Source: Bdellovibrionota bacterium (lineage in GTDB: Bacteria > Bdellovibrionota_C > UBA2361 > JAAYZI01). From it: a DNA stretch of 26,393 nucleotides. Position 1 is the stretch's first letter. Each line of letters starts with the position of its first letter. Positions 9,065 to 17,805 of this stretch are shown here, one piece after another. The stretch spans positions 1 to 26,393 of the forward strand of contig JBMNIF010000004.1 in the NCBI GenBank assembly GCA_050950765.1, in the 5' to 3' direction. The translations under genes were made by a program, and so were the position numbers. The notes below the pieces were generated by a model. The model ran no database searches, was not told where the DNA came from, and saw nothing but the letters and a program-made list of their open reading frames with translations.

Positions 9065-9232
9065 TTAAGTTCTCTCCCTGTGTGTTTATTTGATGTGAAG
9101 TTGTAACACGGATCTAGATGCCTACTCTTCTTTGTAATCTTTATAAAAAAAAGAGGATAAATTTTTATATTATTTCCTATTTGATGTAAAAAGTGGGTGT
9201 TCCTTTTTATATTGTGATGTTAAAGTCTAAGA

Positions 9233-10057
9233 ATGCGAAAGGTTTTTCTAGGCGTATCCGCCTTATCTCTTCTTATCTTTTTTATTTTGTGGAACGGTGT
9301 CCCCACCTTCAGGCGTGGTGTAGAAACTACATGGGCTAACACTAAAAGTTCTTTGTACGATAAAGAGATAACGTTCTCCGGACTTGTTCTAATCAATGAG
9401 GAAGATTTAAGGAAAACTTTACCCCTTGATGATTCTGTTCTTAGTTGGATTTTACGAAATAACAGGATCGAAGCAGAGTTAATGACGCATCCACTTGTGG
9501 CAAAAGCCGTTGTCTCACGGTGTTCTTCTGAAGCGTGGAATTGTTTTACTATTGCGGTTCAGGAGTGGCAGCCGCGTGCTATTGTGCAGTTGAAAGATAC
9601 TTTTTGGGTAGTTGATCAAAAGGGTACGTTTTTAACACCTGTTAGATCAGATCATCCCCGTTCGTTGTTGGAGTTGCCCCTTATTAGTGGGGTTGATGTG
9701 GCCTTCTCCTCTCCTGATTTTGTAAAGGCTAAAACAGGTTATGCTGTTGATTCTATTAAAATTATTGAAAAGGAGAGTCAAAAAGCTGTTGAGCGGCTTG
9801 TCGTTGATGAGGGTGGCGAGCTGAGAGTAAAATTTAAAGGCATGGATTTTACGGCTATTTTTGGATCTGATCCTGAGCTTGGAGTGAAACCGTTTTCAGA
9901 AGAGGTGCGAAGGTTTAAAGCGATGCTGAAGTTTTTAGAAGGGAAGGAATCTTTAATTGAAGAGCTCGACTTCGCATATAATTCGCAGTGTGTTGTTAAG
10001 TTAACAAAGACCGGACAAAAGTTGGCTAAATCCTTAGAATCTGCCATTAAAGGATAA
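9233..10057 (+). CDS. ftsQ: Cell division protein FtsQ/DivIB-like (N-terminal TM helix, POTRA-like and beta domains)
   Basis: Single N-terminal hydrophobic helix, HPLVAKAVVSR...IAVQEWQP, WVVDQKG and LPLISG patterns, located directly before ftsA. The sequence is divergent. Confidence 0.8.
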   Translation: MRKVFLGVSALSLLIFFILWNGVPTFRRGVETTWANTKSSLYDKEITFSGLVLINEEDLRKTLPLDDSVLSWILRNNRIEAELMTHPLVAKAVVSRCSSEAWNCFTIAVQEWQPRAIVQLKDTFWVVDQKGTFLTPVRSDHPRSLLELPLISGVDVAFSSPDFVKAKTGYAVDSIKIIEKESQKAVERLVVDEGGELRVKFKGMDFTAIFGSDPELGVKPFSEEVRRFKAMLKFLEGKESLIEELDFAYNSQCVVKLTKTGQKLAKSLESAIKG

Positions 10058-10150
10058 TATCTTGATCTTGTTTAGTGGCGTAGGGGTTATTCTTTAAAAG
10101 ATCTCTATTTTTAACATTTCTTTTGATAAATTGCTTGCAATTAAAAGGGA

Positions 10151-11404
10151 GTGCGTTTAGGTTATGCAGTCGTGGCAGCGAAAAGTCAAACAATAGTCAG
10201 TCTTGATATCGGAACTTCAAACGTAAAAGCGGTTATTTCGGACGTCGTTTTGGAGAAGGGGGAGCCTGTAATAAATATTATAGGTGTGGGGAGCGCTCCA
10301 TCTAAAGGGCTGCGCAAAGGTGTCGTTATAAATATCGAAGCTACCGTCAATTCAATTGCAAGTGCCGTACAGATGGCAGAAACGATGGCGGGACGCAAGG
10401 TTAGCTCCGTTTATATTGCGATGTCGGGGGAGCATATTCAAAGTTTAAATAGTGACGGGACTGTAAGAATTAGAAGTGGTGAAGTTTCTAAACACGATAT
10501 TGTAAAAGTTATGGATGATGCCAGTGCAGTGGCTATCCCCGCAGATAAGGCTCCTTTGCACGTTATTCCGCGTGAGTTTATCGTTGATGATCAGAAGGGG
10601 ATAAAAGATCCTTTAGGGATGTCGGGAGTGCGTTTGGAAGCGCGGGTGCATATTATCCTTGGAGCGGTTTCCAGTAGTAGGAATATCATAAAATGTGCAA
10701 ATAAGTGTGGCTTGAATGTAGCTGGTATCGTACTAGCGCCGATCGCTTCTGCGCAAGCTGTGATAACACCTGAAGAGAAAGAGCTCGGTGTTTGCATGAT
10801 CGATATCGGCGGTGGGACTGTCGACCTTTCAATATTTCATGCAGGTGGTATCAGACATTCTTGTGTATTCTCTTTCGGTGGAAGTTATTTTACTAATGAT
10901 ATTGCAGCTGTTTTAATGACACCGATCGCTAGCGCTGAAGAGATAAAGTGTCGTTATGTTAATCTGTTAGAACAGGGTGAAGGGGTAGGGCAAGGTATTG
11001 ACGTGCCGTCGACGGGAGGACGACCTTCAAGGATTGTTAAGAGCGGATATTTAACTGAAATAGTGAAGCCGCGTGTCGTTGAGTCGTTTGGATTTGTGCG
11101 AGAAGAGTTGCTTAGACCGGAGTTTGCTGATCGCTTGGCGGGAGGGATCGTTATCACGGGTGGATCTGCTAATATGCGCGGGATCGCTGAGGTAGCAGAG
11201 AGTGTTTTTGGACTTCCTGTTCGTATCGGGCGAGTTACAGGAGTAGGGGGCATGGGCGATATGGTAGTAGCTCCAGAATACGCTGCGGTTGTTGGTGCAA
11301 TTAAATACGGTGCTCAAAACTTAACATCTGCTCGAACAAGTCAGATCGGTAAGGTAACTTCTCTTGCAAAATCATTCGGGAGTTGGGTTTCTAAGCATTT
11401 TTGA
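10151..11404 (+). CDS. ftsA: Cell division protein FtsA (start may be GTG 10172)
   Basis: SLDIGTS, GLRKGVVINIE, PLGMSGVRLEARVH, DIGGGT and ITGG motifs, and C-terminal amphipathic helix FGSWVSKHF. Confidence 0.98.
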   Translation: MRLGYAVVAAKSQTIVSLDIGTSNVKAVISDVVLEKGEPVINIIGVGSAPSKGLRKGVVINIEATVNSIASAVQMAETMAGRKVSSVYIAMSGEHIQSLNSDGTVRIRSGEVSKHDIVKVMDDASAVAIPADKAPLHVIPREFIVDDQKGIKDPLGMSGVRLEARVHIILGAVSSSRNIIKCANKCGLNVAGIVLAPIASAQAVITPEEKELGVCMIDIGGGTVDLSIFHAGGIRHSCVFSFGGSYFTNDIAAVLMTPIASAEEIKCRYVNLLEQGEGVGQGIDVPSTGGRPSRIVKSGYLTEIVKPRVVESFGFVREELLRPEFADRLAGGIVITGGSANMRGIAEVAESVFGLPVRIGRVTGVGGMGDMVVAPEYAAVVGAIKYGAQNLTSARTSQIGKVTSLAKSFGSWVSKHF

Positions 11405-11834
11405 TCACCGCAAATAGTCGTTTCTTAAAAATAAATTAAAAAATAAATCAAAAGTACGGTAGAATTTGCTAGATTTTAAGAGCTGCTTGTGCTATTTCTT
11501 TCTCGTTTAAGTTAGTTAAAGTTGCGGTCTGCAACAAGATGATTTGTTTGCATTCTTTAACTTTATATTAATAATTCTCCTTGAATCCTTGAGTTAGGAT
11601 CAGGATTTAAGTAGACTGTGCGAACAGTTGATTCTGGGGGAAAGAAAAAAACTCATACTTAAAACAGCAAAATATTCAGCGATGATTGTTTTGTATTATC
11701 GCTTTTGATGATCTCGCGCTGAGATCAAGTTTTAGTGATAAATTTAAAGTGGTTTATTTCCCTTTGAAAAAGCTTTCACGAAGAAAATTATTAATTCTTC
11801 GGATGGTATCATAGATTTATTAAAGAAGAACAAG

Positions 11835-13007
11835 GTGGCACATATGGATGATATCGCAGCAAAACTTCAAGCAAACAGAGCGCGTATTAAAGTTTATGGT
11901 GTTGGTGGTGCAGGTATCAATGCTGTTAATAATATGATTGCGAGTGGGCTTGTCGGAGTTGAGTTTTATGCAGCAAATACAGATTCTCAAGCTTTACTTT
12001 CGTGCTCTGCACCGAATAAAATTCAGTTAGGTGAAGAGATCACACGTGGACTTGGTGCTGGTGCCGATCCTGATGTCGGTTACGCCGCAGCAAAAGAGAG
12101 TTCGGATGCTATTCGTGCTGCTCTTGAAGGTGCCGATATGGTGTTTATCACTTGCGGTATGGGTGGCGGAACGGGAACACTCGGTTCTTCTGTGGCTGCT
12201 GAAGTTGCTCGTGAGCTCGGTTGCTTAACAGTCGGCGTTGTAACTAAGCCCTTCCTGTTTGAGGGTAAACGTAGAATGCGTAATGCTGAGCGTGGAATTG
12301 AAGAGCTTAGACGGCACGTTGATACATTGATTACCATTCCGAATCAACGACTCCTCTCCATCGCTAGTAGAAACACAACCTTGTTAGATACCTTTAAGAA
12401 AGCGGATGATATCTTATTCCAAGCTGTAAAGGGCATCAGTGATCTGATTACCTTTGAAGGTTTGGTCAATGTTGACTTCGCTGATGTTCGGGCAGTTATG
12501 TCAGAGATGGGTATGGCGATGATGGGAACAGGTGAAGGTTCCGGTGAGAATCGCGCCGTTGACGCAGCGGAGAAAGCTATTTCAAGCCCGCTTTTAGAAG
12601 ATATCTCGATACATGGAGCTCGCGGAGTTTTAATCAATGTGACTGCTTCTCCTGATGTTACGTTGCAGGAGGTTAATGAAGCGGCTGAGTTGATACACGC
12701 TGAGGCGCATGAAGATGCTAATATTATCTGGGGTATGGTGATTGATCCTGAATACGAGGATAAGGTAACAGTTACCGTTATTGCGACGGGCTTTGGTGAT
12801 GAGTCTGCCGATATCGCTGGTGTTTCACCTTTGGCTGGATCTGGTAAAAGTGAAGGGGGTGTCCCGAGTTGGTTATCATCAAGAGCTTCTGCTGCAAAAA
12901 ATAGCACGGAAGGTGTGATGAAGTTGAAAAAACTTTCTGTCCTTTCTGGAAATGAGGATGAGACGAAATACGAGATCCCTACCTTTTTAAGAAAGCAGAT
13001 GGATTAA
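11835..13007 (+). CDS. ftsZ: Cell division protein FtsZ
   Basis: [19 protein letters not shown] tubulin signature, NVDFADV T7 loop and C-terminal core [11 protein letters not shown]. Confidence 0.99.
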   Translation: MAHMDDIAAKLQANRARIKVYGVGGAGINAVNNMIASGLVGVEFYAANTDSQALLSCSAPNKIQLGEEITRGLGAGADPDVGYAAAKESSDAIRAALEGADMVFITCGMGGGTGTLGSSVAAEVARELGCLTVGVVTKPFLFEGKRRMRNAERGIEELRRHVDTLITIPNQRLLSIASRNTTLLDTFKKADDILFQAVKGISDLITFEGLVNVDFADVRAVMSEMGMAMMGTGEGSGENRAVDAAEKAISSPLLEDISIHGARGVLINVTASPDVTLQEVNEAAELIHAEAHEDANIIWGMVIDPEYEDKVTVTVIATGFGDESADIAGVSPLAGSGKSEGGVPSWLSSRASAAKNSTEGVMKLKKLSVLSGNEDETKYEIPTFLRKQMD

Positions 13008-13043
13008 ATAAAATTGTGTGGCTTCAGGTAATGAAGTCGTAGC

Positions 13044-13076
13044 AAAAAAAGGAGGCAGCAACGCCTCCTTTTTTTT
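13044..13076. terminator. Bidirectional rho-independent terminator between convergent ftsZ and csp
   Basis: A7-GGAGGC-AGCAAC-GCCTCC-T8. Confidence 0.92.
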
Positions 13077-13170
13077 GGCTCTGTTAGGAGTTGTTTGCTT
13101 AATTTAATTTTAACAACCTAACAATCGGTAAAGTGTATTCAATCTATCAAACGATGATAAAGTGCGCAGT

Positions 13171-13497
13171 TTAATGAGTCACATCATCACTGTCTACTGT
13201 ATCCGTTGATTCTGTAACAGAATTCGTAACAGAGGAAGAGTCACTAGCCTCATTACTATCAACGTCAGCTTCTGTGGCTTTGGTTGTGCGGCATACCTTT
13301 ACTGCATGCAGCCCTTTCGGTCCCTCTTGAATTTCATAAGAGACTTCTTCACCGTCCTTAAGGGTTTTAAAGCCATCATCTTCAATCACGGAATAGTGCA
13401 CAAAAACATCCTGTCCGTTGGCATGTTCGATGAAACCAAAACCTTTTGCATCATTGAACCACTTAACGACACCTTTAAGCGCTTCTGATTCTGACAT
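13171..13497 (-). CDS. Cold-shock domain protein (CspA/CspD family) with an acidic Ser/Thr/Asp-rich tail
   Basis: [15 protein letters not shown] (RNP1), DVFVHYS (RNP2), GFKTL and GPKG motifs. SD GGAG upstream. Confidence 0.96.
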   Translation of the reverse strand: MSESEALKGVVKWFNDAKGFGFIEHANGQDVFVHYSVIEDDGFKTLKDGEEVSYEIQEGPKGLHAVKVCRTTKATEADVDSNEASDSSSVTNSVTESTDTVDSDDVTH

Positions 13498-13910
13498 ACT
13501 ATTACTCCTAGATACACCTTAGAAAAAAAACTGATACAGAATGGTGCTACAATATCTGTTCCAGTAAATAAATGTGGCAAAGTGATTTTACTCACTGCCA
13601 AACTGACCACTCCAACTTCAAAGATAAGCCCCTGAAGGTTGTTGCAGCAAAAAACCACAAGGTGCTGCATTACGGAATGCCCAGATAACTTATAACATAT
13701 CAGCAATAATGCAGATTTTTTGTTTTGGCAATGACAAAAAATACGTTTTTGTATAAAAGAGGGGTGAGTTCGATCTTAACGGAGGAAAAATAGAGTAAAA
13801 TCTTCGATTATTTCGTGTGAGTAAAATATTGTTTTAACGTCTTAACATCCTCTCCAGATCTCGCTCATCGATAAGTGTTGTTTCTCTTTTTTTATGGTAG
13901 TCTGATTCTT

Positions 13911-15380
13911 ATGAGTGATCGTTTAATGCCGCTAGACGGTGAGTTTTATAAAACAGTTTTTTCTGATTTTCCTGAACCATTATTTATTGTTGATAGCGAT
14001 CTGCGTTGTGTTGGGCAAAATAAGGCTTTTCGCAGGTGGTGCGGAAATTCTTTAAGTGATAATGCGCCGATTACTACTATCTGGCCAGCAGCAGCTGAAT
14101 TACAAAAAGGGGTCTCTGAGATTAGAACCCGTTTTGTCGTAAAGGGGTGCGAAGAAGAGCTGGGTGTAATCATCACTGAATTATCGTGTAAGTGTTTTTT
14201 AGTGCAACTTTTGCCGGAGTCCGGTCTCGGTGGTGAACGTCATTTTCATGCACAACGGTTAAGGACGTTGGGAATGTTGGCAGGTGGTGTTGCTCACGAT
14301 TTTAATAATATCTTAGCTGGAATATTGGGGCATATCACTTTTTTAAAGACGATCTTACCTGAACATGGCTCTCATGCTGAATCGCTTTCTGCTATTGAGG
14401 AGGGCGCAAAAAAAGCTTCTCTGATTACGCAACAGATCTTGAAGTTCTCTAAAATGGAGACGGCAGAAACCCTTAAAAAGATAGATATCAATGAACTCAT
14501 AGTTAAAACTTATGGACTGTTACGAGGGGCGCTCTCTCCGTTAATTGATCTGCAATATGATCTTCCGCAAGAACCTATTTATGTTATGGCAGTGGAGGGG
14601 CGTTTGGCGCAGGTTCTGGTCAATCTGGTAATTAATGCGCGAGATGCCCTTAATAAAAGTGGGAAGATAGTGATCTCTGCTGATGTGTGTAACGATCTTA
14701 AAGCGCTAAAGGGCGTGCAGTTGGATTGTACTAAAGAGTGGGTTGTTATGACCGTCACTGATAACGGTAGCGGCATGTCTGAGGACGTTATACAACACGT
14801 TTTTGAGCCTTATTTTTCGACAAAAAAGAACAAAGGGACTGGATTGGGGTTGGCTACGGTGCTGTCGATAGTTAAGAGCTTTGGTGGAGTGATAAAGATC
14901 AGATCTAAAGTTGGTGCTGGTACTGTTATGTCTGTGTATCTGCCGAAAGTTGAGGTTAGTGGTGATGTGCAGACTTCGAAAGATTCTAAGAGAGTGCAAT
15001 TAGTGGGCGGATCTGAAAAAATTCTTGTGGTGGATGATGATGCTGCTGTAAGAAGTGTATTGGAGATGAGTTTAACGCATCTAGGATATGAGGTTGAGAT
15101 CGTAACTACGGGGTATGAGGCTGTTGAAAAATTAAAGGAGCATAAGGATAAATTTGATTTGGTTATGCTTGATATGTTGATGCCGCAACTTTCAGGTAAC
15201 GAAACGTTTTTAATGTTACGCAATATTCAACCAGATCTGAAGGTTTTAGCAATGAGTGGTTATACCTCAGAAGAATCTGTTAAGTCTATTTTGCAAAATG
15301 GTGGTAAGGGCTTTATTCAAAAACCATTTACAATAGCTGATCTTTCGAAGAAGGTCAGAGTCTGCTTGGACGGGGAGTAG
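13911..15380 (+). CDS. Cytoplasmic hybrid sensor histidine kinase (PAS-like, HisKA, HATPase and receiver domains; CckA-like architecture). ORF open from 13875.
   Basis: H box LAGGVAHDFNNIL, N box QVLVNLVINARDA, G1 DNGSGM, F box FEPYFSTK, G2 GTGLGL. Receiver VVDDD..LDMLMP..MSG..QKPF. Confidence 0.95.
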   Translation: MSDRLMPLDGEFYKTVFSDFPEPLFIVDSDLRCVGQNKAFRRWCGNSLSDNAPITTIWPAAAELQKGVSEIRTRFVVKGCEEELGVIITELSCKCFLVQLLPESGLGGERHFHAQRLRTLGMLAGGVAHDFNNILAGILGHITFLKTILPEHGSHAESLSAIEEGAKKASLITQQILKFSKMETAETLKKIDINELIVKTYGLLRGALSPLIDLQYDLPQEPIYVMAVEGRLAQVLVNLVINARDALNKSGKIVISADVCNDLKALKGVQLDCTKEWVVMTVTDNGSGMSEDVIQHVFEPYFSTKKNKGTGLGLATVLSIVKSFGGVIKIRSKVGAGTVMSVYLPKVEVSGDVQTSKDSKRVQLVGGSEKILVVDDDAAVRSVLEMSLTHLGYEVEIVTTGYEAVEKLKEHKDKFDLVMLDMLMPQLSGNETFLMLRNIQPDLKVLAMSGYTSEESVKSILQNGGKGFIQKPFTIADLSKKVRVCLDGE

Positions 15381-15383
15381 TGT

Positions 15384-16166
15384 ATGAGTGATACGGGAGA
15401 GAGTTTAGTTAAGGTAAGAAACCTTTCTAAATCTTTTGGAAAATTAAAGTTGTTAAAAGATATCTCATTTGATCTGAAGCGTGGCTCCGTGACGGGGTTA
15501 ATCGGACCTAGTGGATGTGGGAAGAGTGTCCTCTTAAAAATTTTAGGAGGTGTACTAAAACAGGATTCAGGAACGATAGAGATGTTTGGAGTGCCTCACG
15601 ATCGAATTACTTTAATGTTTCAAGAGGGCGCTTTGTTTGATTCTTTGTCTGTATTCGATAATGTCGCTTTCCCTCTCTTGAACGGAGCTGTGCCGACCTC
15701 GACGTTACCTAGAAAGAAGCAGAAGGAGATCGCTGAAAGGGTGAGTCCTATCTTGGCACGAGTTGGGCTTACACATGCTGCTGAAAAATTACCTGCACAA
15801 CTTTCAGGTGGTATGAGAAGACGCGCTTCTTTAGCGAGAGCGTTAATTTCAAAACCAGAGTTGGTTCTCCTTGATGATCCGACGTGTGGGTTGGATCCTG
15901 TGGCTAGTGGTGTTATCATGAACTTGATTCTTGAATTGCAGCGGGAGCATGGATATACCGTCTTGATTGTAAGTCAAGATCTAAGGCGGTTGATTCCTAA
16001 TGTTGAGACAGTGATGGCACTTTTTAACGGTTCTATTGATTTTATCGGGACGGTAGATCAATTAAAAGAGAGCGCCGATCCTGAGGTAATTTACTTTGTC
16101 AATTGTCGTTATGATTTGGAGTCAAGTGCACTCTCTACTTCTAATCCTTTGTGCGGAGAGATCTGA
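15384..16166 (+). CDS. ABC ATP-binding protein, MlaF/Ttg2A-like, with non-canonical catalytic residues
   Basis: Walker A GPSGCGKS, FQEGALFDSLSVFDNVAFPL (MlaF-like Q-loop), LSGGMRRR signature, Walker B/D-loop LLDDPTCGLDP, H-loop VSQD. Confidence 0.88.
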   Translation: MSDTGESLVKVRNLSKSFGKLKLLKDISFDLKRGSVTGLIGPSGCGKSVLLKILGGVLKQDSGTIEMFGVPHDRITLMFQEGALFDSLSVFDNVAFPLLNGAVPTSTLPRKKQKEIAERVSPILARVGLTHAAEKLPAQLSGGMRRRASLARALISKPELVLLDDPTCGLDPVASGVIMNLILELQREHGYTVLIVSQDLRRLIPNVETVMALFNGSIDFIGTVDQLKESADPEVIYFVNCRYDLESSALSTSNPLCGEI

Positions 16167-16315
16167 TGTGGCTATTATGGTAGAGGTGGATTCCTTATTT
16201 TTAGCGGTGTTATGAAGATATTTAGCTTGTCTTTTTTTCTTCTAAAAGCTGAAGCCTTTTAAGGGTAGGGAGCTATAATTAAAAACAGTGTAATAGGGTT
16301 TAAAAGTTAGGTGTT

Positions 16316-17227
16316 ATGGGAAGATCTTCTTATGTAGAAAAAGCACGTGAGCGTTTTTTAGAGGGGATGGGAGTACCGGCGCGTGATACGGCTTTCGTTG
16401 TAGATCGTTTTCAGAAAGAAGCGATCTCGTCTGTGGTTGATGGTAATGATACGTTGGTTGTGGCTCCAACTGGTTCTGGTAAAACTTATATCGCAATGGA
16501 AGCGATCTCTGCTATGTTGAGTCTGCATTGCAGGTCTGTTTATACAACACCGTTAAAAGCGTTATCGAATACTAAATTTACGGAGCTAAAAAAACGGTTT
16601 GAGCCTGATCATAAAGTTGGCTTACTGACGGGTGATAGAAAGATCGATACAGACGCTGATGTTGTTGTTGCCACGACTGAGATCTATCGTAATGAGTTAT
16701 ATCGCGGCTACGGTAGTTATTCCTTAGTAGTCTTGGATGAGGTGCACTTTATAGCGGACTTGCAACGTGGGCCGGTTTGGGAGGAGAGCATTATTCTAAC
16801 ACCTTCTGATTCTACCCTTTTAATGTTATCGGCATCTATTTCGAATGCAAAAGAGATTGCGGAGTGGATCGAAGAGGTCAGGGGTCGTCCTTGCACGATA
16901 GTTTCTGAATCTATTAGACCTGTGGAATTAAGGCTCGGCTTCTTACATCCGCGCTTAGGAGTGATACCCCTTTCTGATGAATCTGGAAGAATTTTCAGGG
17001 AAGTAGAATATTTTTACGGTTCAATGGGGTTAGATCAAAACGGTATGCGTCTTCAAAGGGAAAAGCGTAAAGAAAACGGACAACACCGTTCAGGATCTCG
17101 ATATAGAGGGGAGGGGCGTTCTCGCAACAGTAATGGTTCACGGAGTAAAGCGAAGGGTGGCAGGTATATCAATAAAACACGCAACACCAAGTCATCGCAT
17201 AATCAATCAAGAAGAAAGGGAAGATAG
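16316..17227 (+). CDS. Ski2/HelY-like DEVH-box SF2 helicase, N-terminal (RecA1) subunit
   Basis: Q motif FQKEA, motif I APTGSGKT, Ia YTTPLKALSN, GLLTGD, Ib ATTE, II DEVH, III SAS and RPVEL, then a basic low-complexity tail. Confidence 0.9.
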   Translation: MGRSSYVEKARERFLEGMGVPARDTAFVVDRFQKEAISSVVDGNDTLVVAPTGSGKTYIAMEAISAMLSLHCRSVYTTPLKALSNTKFTELKKRFEPDHKVGLLTGDRKIDTDADVVVATTEIYRNELYRGYGSYSLVVLDEVHFIADLQRGPVWEESIILTPSDSTLLMLSASISNAKEIAEWIEEVRGRPCTIVSESIRPVELRLGFLHPRLGVIPLSDESGRIFREVEYFYGSMGLDQNGMRLQREKRKENGQHRSGSRYRGEGRSRNSNGSRSKAKGGRYINKTRNTKSSHNQSRRKGR

Positions 17228-17805
17228 ATGTTACACCGAGAGTTTCCAGTAAATACTATTCTTACGGAGTTAGAAAAGGATTCGCTTCTGCCTGCTATAT
17301 TGTTTAGGACTTCAAGGCGGCAGTGTGATGTTGATGTAGAGCGCTTATCGTTGAGCCGTGTTGGGAGATATATCAACAAAACACACAATAAAAATAAGCA
17401 AGCCACCAAGTCATCGCATAATCAATCAAGAAGAAAGGGAAGATAGATGTTACACCGAGAGTTTCCAGTAAATACTATTCTTACGGAGTTAGAAAAGGAT
17501 TCGCTTCTGCCTGCTATATTGTTTAGAACTTCAAGGCGACAGTGTGATGTTGATGTAGAGCGCTTATCGTTAAGTCGTGTTGGGAGATATATCAACAAAA
17601 CACACAATAAAAATAAGCAAGCCACCAAGTCATCGCATAATCAATCAAGAAGAAAGGGAAGATAGATGTTACACCGAGAGTTTCCAGTAAATACTATTCT
17701 TACGGAGTTAGAAAAGGATTCGCTTCTGCCTGCTATATTGTTTAGGACTTCAAGGCGGCAGTGTGATGTTGATGTAGAGCGCTTATCGTTGAGCCGTGTT
17801 GGGAG
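17185..17805 (+). repeat. Tandem triplication with 219-bp period spanning the helicase gene junction; creates two 72-codon ORFs (17228-17446 and 17447-17665)
   Basis: CACCAAGTCATCGCATAATC...GTTGGGAG begins at 17185, 17404 and 17623. The copies are joined by an identical 36-bp linker. Confidence 0.97.

Noticed and set aside
9778..15919. Alternative-frame and antisense ORFs inside ftsQ, ftsA, ftsZ (including the 187-aa 12344-12907), csp, the kinase and the ABC gene, and ORF 13386-13706
   Set aside because: They overlap well-supported genes and have the Ser/Pro/Thr/Ile-rich composition typical of antisense frames. 13386-13706 is more simply the csp upstream region read in another frame.
17225..17668. 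Genome-wide TAG recoding (pyrrolysine or alternative code) to explain the in-frame TAGs in the helicase
   Set aside because: TAG terminates murC, rplU and the hybrid kinase at their expected ends, and no other gene shows internal TAGs.
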